Source: an uncultured Haloferula sp. (GTDB taxonomy: Bacteria; Verrucomicrobiota; Verrucomicrobiia; Verrucomicrobiales; Akkermansiaceae). Taken from it: a DNA stretch of 64,000 nt. The notes beneath the pieces are model-generated. The model searched no databases, was not told the DNA's origin, and saw only the letters and a program-made list of their open reading frames with translations. The translations under genes were made by a program, and so were the position numbers. Every line of letters begins with the position of its first letter. Positions within the stretch are counted from its first letter, which is position 1. The stretch spans positions 384,001 to 448,000 of the forward strand of contig CBFGTS010000001.1 in NCBI GenBank assembly GCA_965652295.1, read 5' to 3'. Below, in pieces: positions 57,688 through 64,000 of the stretch.

Positions 57688-57704
57688 AATCCCACTCCCT
57701 CCGC
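57688..57704 (+). repeat. Imperfect duplicate of the tRNA-Ser 3' end
   Basis: AATCCCACTCCCTCCGC vs AATCCCACTCTCTCCGC (57555-57571), 16/17 identical. Confidence 0.7.
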
Positions 57705-57773
57705 GACGGCCGCTTACTTCCTCATCCGGTTTGGCAGAGCGATTCCGTTCCCGTAGGCTTTGACGGCAGAGTG

Positions 57774-59156
57774 ATGAATTTTCGCAGATCGCATCGGCCG
57801 GGGTGGATGGTCTTCGTGGCGTTGGTGGGCTTGCTGTTGCAAGCACCGGCCGATCCGGAGGTCGAGCCCGGGGTATTCCGAGAGCCCGAAGTGGGCGGGT
57901 GGATTTGGACGGATGAGACCGCGGACCGCCAGGAATGCCGGCTGGTGAGGGCCTTCGAGATCCCCGATGGGGCGAAGGTGGACTCCGCTTTGATGCGGGT
58001 GACGGCGGACAACTATTACGAGATCTTCCTTGATGGTCAGCTGATCGGCCGGGGCGGAGACTGGAGGGTGCTGACGGAGTACAACGTCAAGAGCCTGCTG
58101 GATCCAGGCAGGCACGGGCTGGCGGTGCGGGTCCTGAACGACTTCGACTATGCGGGGCTCGTTTTCGGCTTCCGCATTGTGCTGGGCGACGGCCGGGTGA
58201 TCGAGATCGTCTCCGACGAGTCCTGGAAGATCGCCCCGAGCGAGGGCGACGCGTGGAAGAAGCCGAGCCGGGAGTGGGAAAAGTGGCCGGAGGCGACGAT
58301 CGTGCGGCCCTTCCGTCCGGTCCACCCGCCGCTGGTGTATCAGGCCATGCCGTCGGAACCGGTGGTGCTGTCGATCTGGGAAAGACGCTGGTTCCAGGTG
58401 ACGGTGCTGGTGATCGTCGGGGCGAGCCTGGCGGCAGGGGTGGTTCTCGGGAGCAGGCTCTTCCTGCAGTCGCAGATGGAGACGCTCGTGAGGCGGGAAC
58501 GGTCGCGCATCGCGATCGACCTGCATGACGACCTCGGCGGCGGGCTCACCCAGCTGGTGCTGCTCGGCGAGTCGTCGCGGCGGGATCTGCCGGAGGATTC
58601 ATCGACGGGTCAGGCGCTGGCTCGCTTGTGCGACCAGTCACGCGGATTGGTGCGGCGCATGAACGAGACGGTTTGGTTGATCAATTCGGAGCGGGACAAC
58701 CTCCGCGACTTTGCGTCGTACGTGGTGAAGTACGCCGAGAGTTTCTTTCAAACGTCGCCGGTGCGGAGTCGTTTCGACATCGAGGGAGATCTGCCGCCCC
58801 TGCCGTTCGACCTGGGGATTCGCCGCAATCTGTTCCTCGCCGTCAAGGAAGCCTGCAACAACATCGTCCGCCACTCCGGAGCGTCCAGGGCCACGATTTC
58901 CGTCCACCGCCAACGCCAGGAGCTGGTGATCTCCGTCCGCGACAATGGCCGCGGATTCGATCCCCAAGCGAAAGTGACGGGGAACGGTTTACGGAACATG
59001 CGTCAGCGGGTGACGGAGGTCGGCGGACGGTTCAAGCTGAGCCAGCGGCCGGAGGGAGGCACGCTGGTGGAGTTCCGGATTCCGCTCCAAGCTCAGGCGC
59101 GGTTGAGGCTCGCCCGGATTTTGCCTTGGAGAAAACGGGGCACCTCCGCTGAATGA
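57774..59156 (+). CDS. Sensor histidine kinase (HisKA_3) with extracytoplasmic carbohydrate-binding-like domain
   Basis: ERSRIAIDLHDDLG, EACNNIVRH, DNGRGF, GNGLRNM; N-terminal TADNYYEIFLDG...VSDESWK. Confidence 0.9.
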   Translation: MNFRRSHRPGWMVFVALVGLLLQAPADPEVEPGVFREPEVGGWIWTDETADRQECRLVRAFEIPDGAKVDSALMRVTADNYYEIFLDGQLIGRGGDWRVLTEYNVKSLLDPGRHGLAVRVLNDFDYAGLVFGFRIVLGDGRVIEIVSDESWKIAPSEGDAWKKPSREWEKWPEATIVRPFRPVHPPLVYQAMPSEPVVLSIWERRWFQVTVLVIVGASLAAGVVLGSRLFLQSQMETLVRRERSRIAIDLHDDLGGGLTQLVLLGESSRRDLPEDSSTGQALARLCDQSRGLVRRMNETVWLINSERDNLRDFASYVVKYAESFFQTSPVRSRFDIEGDLPPLPFDLGIRRNLFLAVKEACNNIVRHSGASRATISVHRQRQELVISVRDNGRGFDPQAKVTGNGLRNMRQRVTEVGGRFKLSQRPEGGTLVEFRIPLQAQARLRLARILPWRKRGTSAE

Positions 59157-59833
59157 GTGCACCGATGTCCAAGCCAGCCACCGCCGCCATTCATCGTGTG
59201 GCTCTCGTCGAGGACCGGCGGGACGTCCGTGAGCAGTGGGCGGAACTGATCGATTCCTTCCCCGGCTTCTGTTGTATCCGGGCCTGTGCTTCGGGTGAGG
59301 CGGCGTTGGAAAGTCTTCCGGCCCTCCAGCCGGAGATCATCCTGATGGATATCTTCCTGCCCGGGATGTCGGGCATCGAGTGCACCGTACGCCTGAAGGA
59401 GGCGTGGCCTCAAGGCCGGGTGCTGATTCTGACGGCTTCGGACGACGAAGAAATGGTGTTTCCCGCTCTGGAGGCGGGAGCCGATGGTTACCTCCTCAAG
59501 CATTCCACGCCCGACGAGCTGCATGGAGCCTTGCTCGACGTTCTTCAGGGCGGGGTGCCGATGACCAGCGGCATTGCGCGGCGCGTGGCGGAGTATTTCC
59601 GGAAGCGGGGAGATGCCCGGGGGAGGGTCGAGCGACTCAGTCCGCGGGAAACGGAGGTGCTTGAGCTGCTGGCCAAGGGCTACATCAACAAGGAGATCGC
59701 GGACAAACTCGCACTGAGCGTCGAAACGATCCGCAGCTACCTGAAGAACATCTACGAGAAGATGCACGTCCACTCCCGATCCGAGGCGGTGGCGAAGTAC
59801 ATCACGGGCTCGGGCCGATCTACCCTCACTTGA
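59153..59833 (+). CDS. NarL/LuxR family response regulator
   Basis: VED, LMDI.LPGMSG, GADGYLLK, LSPRETEVL..LAKG..NKEIA. Confidence 0.95.
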   Translation: MSAPMSKPATAAIHRVALVEDRRDVREQWAELIDSFPGFCCIRACASGEAALESLPALQPEIILMDIFLPGMSGIECTVRLKEAWPQGRVLILTASDDEEMVFPALEAGADGYLLKHSTPDELHGALLDVLQGGVPMTSGIARRVAEYFRKRGDARGRVERLSPRETEVLELLAKGYINKEIADKLALSVETIRSYLKNIYEKMHVHSRSEAVAKYITGSGRSTLT

Positions 59834-59838
59834 GGGTA
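59821..59838. promoter_or_regulatory. Perfect 8-2-8 palindrome, candidate response-regulator operator
   Basis: TACCCTCA-CT-TGAGGGTA, upstream of GH51. Confidence 0.5.
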
Positions 59839-59954
59839 TTGGGTGCGGAAACGGGCGGATGCTAGCTTTTCGGTCCGTGTCAGCCATGATGCGGTCCGCG
59901 ATGCCGCCTCTTGGCGCGGTCGCTTATAGCCCTGCCCCAAACCCTGCCGCTTCC

Positions 59955-62342
59955 GTGAACGTCCATTCTCCATTCTTTCCACCTCATTTCATGATCGCCG
60001 CAGCGTTGGCGGCGTCGCCGGTCTCGGCGGATGAGGCCGTCGTTTCGATCGATGTCGATCAACCCGGCCACGAGGTTTCTCCGCTGCTCTGGGGCATCTT
60101 TTTCGAGGACATCAACCTTTCCGCCGACGGCGGACTCTATCCCGAGCTCGTCCGCAACCGCTCGTTCGAAGGCAGCGACGAGTTGCGCTTCTGGGAAATG
60201 GAATCCACCGGGGGATCGTGGGTCGTCGGCGAGCATCGTCCGCTGAACGCCTTCAACCGTCGGTCGCTCCGCGTGACTCCCGCTGGCGACTGTGTGCTGG
60301 AGAATGAAGGCTACTGGGGAATGAATTTCGTCGCCGGTGAGGACTACCGTTTCCAGCTTACCGCCCACGGTAGCGACGACTTCGACGGAAACCTCACCGT
60401 CCAGCTTTGCGACGAGGCCGGCACGATCCTCGATTCCGGCCGGATTTCGGGCGTCGGGGCCGACTGGGAAAACCACGAACTGACCCTCAAGCCGTCGAAG
60501 TCCGATCCGAAGGGAAAGCTCCGGATCGCCATTGCCGGGAGCGGCTCCGTGTTTCTCGACATGATTTCGCTCATGCCCGCCAAGACGTGGAAGAACCACG
60601 GTCTGCGGATCGATTTGGCAGAGTCCATGGACGCTCTCAAGCCGGCGTTCTTCCGTTTTCCCGGCGGCTGCTGGGTGGAAGGCGACGACATGGCGCACGC
60701 CTACCGCTGGAAGGAGACGATCGGCGGGGTCGAGGAGCGGACGCCGCTTTACAACGTCTGGAATTACAATGCCACGCACGGCATCGGCTATCACGAGTAT
60801 CTCCAGCTTGCGGAGGACCTCGGTGCGGAGCCGCTTTTCTGCATCAACGTCGGCATGTCGCACACCGACTCCGTTCCCATGGGCCGGATGGGGGAGTGGG
60901 TGGAGGACGCGCTGGATGCCATCGAGTATGCGAACGGACCGGTCGATTCCGTCTGGGGTGCCCTGCGTGCGAAGAACGGCCATCCGGAGCCTTTCAACCT
61001 CCGCTACATCGAGATCGGCAATGAAAACGGTGGGCCCAAGTACGCCGAGCGCTGGCCGCTTTTCGTGAAGGCGATCAAGGCGAAGTATCCGGAGATCACG
61101 CTCATTGCGAACTACTGGGAGGGCGACTACCCGAATGAACCCATGCCGGAAATCGTGGACGAGCATTACTACGAACCCCCCGAGGCATTCATGCGCAAGG
61201 CCACGCTTTACGACGACCGCAACCGCGAGGGCCCCAGGATTTTCGTCGGCGAGTATGCGGCGACCAAGCGCGCCGGCCGGGGTAACCTGCGCGCCGCGAT
61301 CGGTGAAGCCGCCTTCATGACGGGCCTCGAGCGGAACTCCGACGTGGTGGCGATGGCCGCTTACGCCCCCTTGTTCACCAACGTGAACCACCGGGCGTGG
61401 AATCCCGACCTGATCAATTTCGACAGCGCCGGCTGGTATGGCATCCCGAGTTACTACGTGCAGCAGATGTTCAGTCTGAATGCCGGAGATGTCACCTTGC
61501 CGGTCGCGGTGGAAAGCGCGGAAATCCCCCAGCCGGAGCCGCACGGCATGATCGGCGTCGGCACTTGGAATACCCAGGCCGAGTTCAAGGACATCAAGGT
61601 CACCGCGCCGGACGGCGAAGTTCTCTTCAAATCGGATTTCAGCAAGAGTCCCGACAGTTGGGCTTTCGTGGGGCCCGGTGAGTGGAGTGTCGAAAAGGGA
61701 GCATTGCGTCAATCGGCCGAGTTGCCCCGCGTGCGCGCCTTGATCGGCGACAAGTTCTGGAAGGACTACACGATCGAACTGAAGGCGCGGAAAATCAGCG
61801 GTCGCGAGGGTTTCATCGTGATGTTCCACATCCAGGACGAGGAGGACCGTACCTCCTGGAACCTTGGCGGATGGGACAATAAATATTCCGGACTCGGCCT
61901 CGGCGACACCGAGGAACGCAAGGATCTGAGCATGGAAACCGGGCGGTGGTATGATGTCCGCGTGCAACTGGATGGCGACCACGTGCGCTGCTGGCTCGAT
62001 GGCGAGCTGATGCACGACTACCAACGTCCCAAGCTGACGATCCAGACGATCTATGCCAGTGCCACGCGGGAGAAGGAGAGCGGGGACGTGATCGTCAAGG
62101 TCGTCAACACCGCTGCCGGAGCGACCGAAACCACGATCGACCTCAAAGGCATCAACGGAGTTTCCGGAGACGCGGAGGCGATCGTCCTGACATCCGCCGA
62201 TCCCACGGATGAGAACACGCTCGAAGAGCCGACGAAAGTTTCCCCGACGACGGAGACCTTCAGCGTCACCGACGCCAGATTCACCCGCTCGTTTCCAGGG
62301 AACTCGTTCACCGTTCTCAGAATTCCGGCTACCAAAGAATGA
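59955..62342 (+). CDS. Alpha-L-arabinofuranosidase, GH51, with an inserted beta-sandwich domain
   Basis: GIFFEDIN.SADGGLY, RFPGGC.VEG, IEIGNEN, DEHYY, FVGEYA, LERNSD, YAPL; start approximate. Confidence 0.92.
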   Translation: MNVHSPFFPPHFMIAAALAASPVSADEAVVSIDVDQPGHEVSPLLWGIFFEDINLSADGGLYPELVRNRSFEGSDELRFWEMESTGGSWVVGEHRPLNAFNRRSLRVTPAGDCVLENEGYWGMNFVAGEDYRFQLTAHGSDDFDGNLTVQLCDEAGTILDSGRISGVGADWENHELTLKPSKSDPKGKLRIAIAGSGSVFLDMISLMPAKTWKNHGLRIDLAESMDALKPAFFRFPGGCWVEGDDMAHAYRWKETIGGVEERTPLYNVWNYNATHGIGYHEYLQLAEDLGAEPLFCINVGMSHTDSVPMGRMGEWVEDALDAIEYANGPVDSVWGALRAKNGHPEPFNLRYIEIGNENGGPKYAERWPLFVKAIKAKYPEITLIANYWEGDYPNEPMPEIVDEHYYEPPEAFMRKATLYDDRNREGPRIFVGEYAATKRAGRGNLRAAIGEAAFMTGLERNSDVVAMAAYAPLFTNVNHRAWNPDLINFDSAGWYGIPSYYVQQMFSLNAGDVTLPVAVESAEIPQPEPHGMIGVGTWNTQAEFKDIKVTAPDGEVLFKSDFSKSPDSWAFVGPGEWSVEKGALRQSAELPRVRALIGDKFWKDYTIELKARKISGREGFIVMFHIQDEEDRTSWNLGGWDNKYSGLGLGDTEERKDLSMETGRWYDVRVQLDGDHVRCWLDGELMHDYQRPKLTIQTIYASATREKESGDVIVKVVNTAAGATETTIDLKGINGVSGDAEAIVLTSADPTDENTLEEPTKVSPTTETFSVTDARFTRSFPGNSFTVLRIPATKE

Positions 62343-62396
62343 GGATCTCGACCCTCTGTTCGCTCGACTCTTTCCCTTGTTCCTCGCTCTGACGTC

Positions 62397-64000
62397 ATGA
62401 CCCGCGCAAGAATTTCACGCTGCTTTCTTCTCGCTCTGTTCGTCGGCCTGATGTCGTCGGCTTCTGCCCGCGAGTTCGTCCATCCCGGTGGCCTCCATAC
62501 CCAGGAGGACCTCGATCGAATGAAGGAAAAGGTTGCCGCGAAGGCTCACCCATGGATCGACGGCTGGGAGGCACTCATCGAAGATCCGAAGGCCCAAAGT
62601 GATTATCGGCCGAAGCCGCAGCGTCACATGATAAGCCGGCAGCAGGCCCAGAACGACGCCACCGCTGCGTATCTGAATGCTCTGCGGTGGTACATCTCCG
62701 GGGAGGAATCCCACGCGAAGTGCGCGATGCGCATTCTTAACGCTTGGGCGGACACCGTGAACGAGGTGCCGCGCGGACCGGATCAGCCCGGTCTCAGTGG
62801 CATTCCCATTGGCAGCTTCGCCCTCGCCGCGGAAGTGCTTCGCACCTGTCCGGGCTGGTCGGACGAGGACCAGGCGAAGTTCAAGGAAATGCTCATCAAG
62901 TATTTCTATCCCGTGTGCCATGATTTCCTCGCGAACCACAATGGCGCGGCCGACGACAAATGGTGGGCGAACTGGGATACCTGCAACATGCTCGCGCTCA
63001 TCGCCATCGGCGTCTATTGCGACCACGAGGAGATCTTCGACGAGGCGATCGAGTATTTCAAAAACGGCAAGGGCCGCGGCAGCATCATGAACGCCGTGCC
63101 CTTTGTTTACGAGGGCGGCCTCGGTCAATGGCAGGAAAGCGGCCGGGATCAGGCGCACGTGATGGGCGGCATGGGCCTGCTCGCGGAAATGTGCCAGGTG
63201 GCTTGGAACCAAGGCGTCGACCTCTTCGGATACGCTGACAACCGGCTGCTCGCCGGTGCTGAATACACGGCGCAATACACCCTCTGGAAAGGTGTTCCCT
63301 ATACGTATTACACGAACTCGGACCGGGCGAACCAATACTATATCTCGGAGAACTACCACGGCCGCCTCGATGCCTCGCATTTCGAGATGCTCTACAATCA
63401 CTACGTGGTGCGTCAGGGTCTCGAGGCTCCCAGCGTCCAGCAGCTCGCGGAGCTTCGCCGGCCCGAGCCCGGGGAGATCGATGTCTTCGGTTATGGCACG
63501 CTGACCTTCACGCTCGATGCGGAGAAGTCGCCTTATCCCGCGATGTCGGCTCCGCCCACGCCGCTCGACCTCCGTGCGATGGCCGGTGTGGATCGTGTGG
63601 ACCTGAAGTGGTCGCCGTCCGGTGCCTACACCACGCACGGTCACGAGATCTTCCGCGCCACCTCGGCCCGCGGTCCCTACAAGAGCATCCACTCGACCCG
63701 GAGGTGGACGACACCCTCGTTCACCGATACCGATGTCAAAGCGGGTAAAACCTACTTCTACAAGGTCGCCGCCCTCAACAACTCGGGTGAGAGCGAGCCT
63801 TCCGCGCCGGTGAGCGCGAAACCGCTTGCTGGAGGTGCTCTGCCAAAGGGTTGGACGGCCGGGAAGGCGGGCGCGTGGTTCTCGGAGGCGGCCGGCAAAA
63901 CCTTCGTCGTTCATGCCGCACCGGGCGACGAGAGTTATACCTACTGCGAAATCAGCGGGGATTTCACGCTCACCGCCCGGCTGATCGACCGGCGTGGAAA
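62397..64000 (+). CDS. Alginate-lyase-family (alpha/alpha toroid) secreted protein with Fn3 domain; runs off the right edge, absent from the ORF track
   Basis: Manual translation MTRARISRCFLLALFVGL..FVHPGGLHT.EDLDRM, ILNAWA, ANWD, QWQESGRDQAH, followed by Fn3 (TDTDV..G.TYFYKVAA.N..GES). Confidence 0.85.
   Translation, partial: MTRARISRCFLLALFVGLMSSASAREFVHPGGLHTQEDLDRMKEKVAAKAHPWIDGWEALIEDPKAQSDYRPKPQRHMISRQQAQNDATAAYLNALRWYISGEESHAKCAMRILNAWADTVNEVPRGPDQPGLSGIPIGSFALAAEVLRTCPGWSDEDQAKFKEMLIKYFYPVCHDFLANHNGAADDKWWANWDTCNMLALIAIGVYCDHEEIFDEAIEYFKNGKGRGSIMNAVPFVYEGGLGQWQESGRDQAHVMGGMGLLAEMCQVAWNQGVDLFGYADNRLLAGAEYTAQYTLWKGVPYTYYTNSDRANQYYISENYHGRLDASHFEMLYNHYVVRQGLEAPSVQQLAELRRPEPGEIDVFGYGTLTFTLDAEKSPYPAMSAPPTPLDLRAMAGVDRVDLKWSPSGAYTTHGHEIFRATSARGPYKSIHSTRRWTTPSFTDTDVKAGKTYFYKVAALNNSGESEPSAPVSAKPLAGGALPKGWTAGKAGAWFSEAAGKTFVVHAAPGDESYTYCEISGDFTLTARLIDRRG

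Noticed and set aside
1..64000. CRISPR arrays, prophage, integrase/transposase or anti-phage defence genes
   Set aside because: No regularly spaced repeat-spacer array or recognisable motifs were found

Overview
High-GC bacterial chromosomal window. PEP-CTERM proteins, an ECF sigma/FecR-type anti-sigma pair, an Akkermansia-secretin-like domain and 'DPDGDG...F.RL.V' C-termini point to Verrucomicrobiota (Luteolibacter/Haloferula-like; inference). About 50 genes are present: secreted and surface proteins (furin-like S8 protease, two PEP-CTERM proteins, LamG proteins); a 4-gene (alpha/alpha)6-glycosidase/GT4/phosphodiesterase-EEP/DedA operon; a GH88-isomerase-oxidoreductase operon; a 2242-aa orphan protein carrying an inserted secretin N-domain module; a TonB-receptor-free alpha-GlcNAc utilization locus (GH89, ECF/anti-sigma, LamG pair, MFS, ROK, PIG-L, nagB, PI-PLC, GT1); housekeeping genes (typA, gndA, pgsA, nagA, trpE, trpG, purU, tRNA-Ser); and the start of a two-component-regulated GH51/alginate-lyase-family locus. 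Non-coding signals read by eye: a 213-bp MITE with 20-bp TIRs, REP-like and heptamer repeats alternating through one operon, two copies of a GTCMG-N16-GAATAGA putative ECF promoter, an 8-2-8 palindrome, and a tRNA 3'-end duplication. No CRISPR, rRNA, integrase or transposase was seen. All family assignments come from motif recognition, not database searches.
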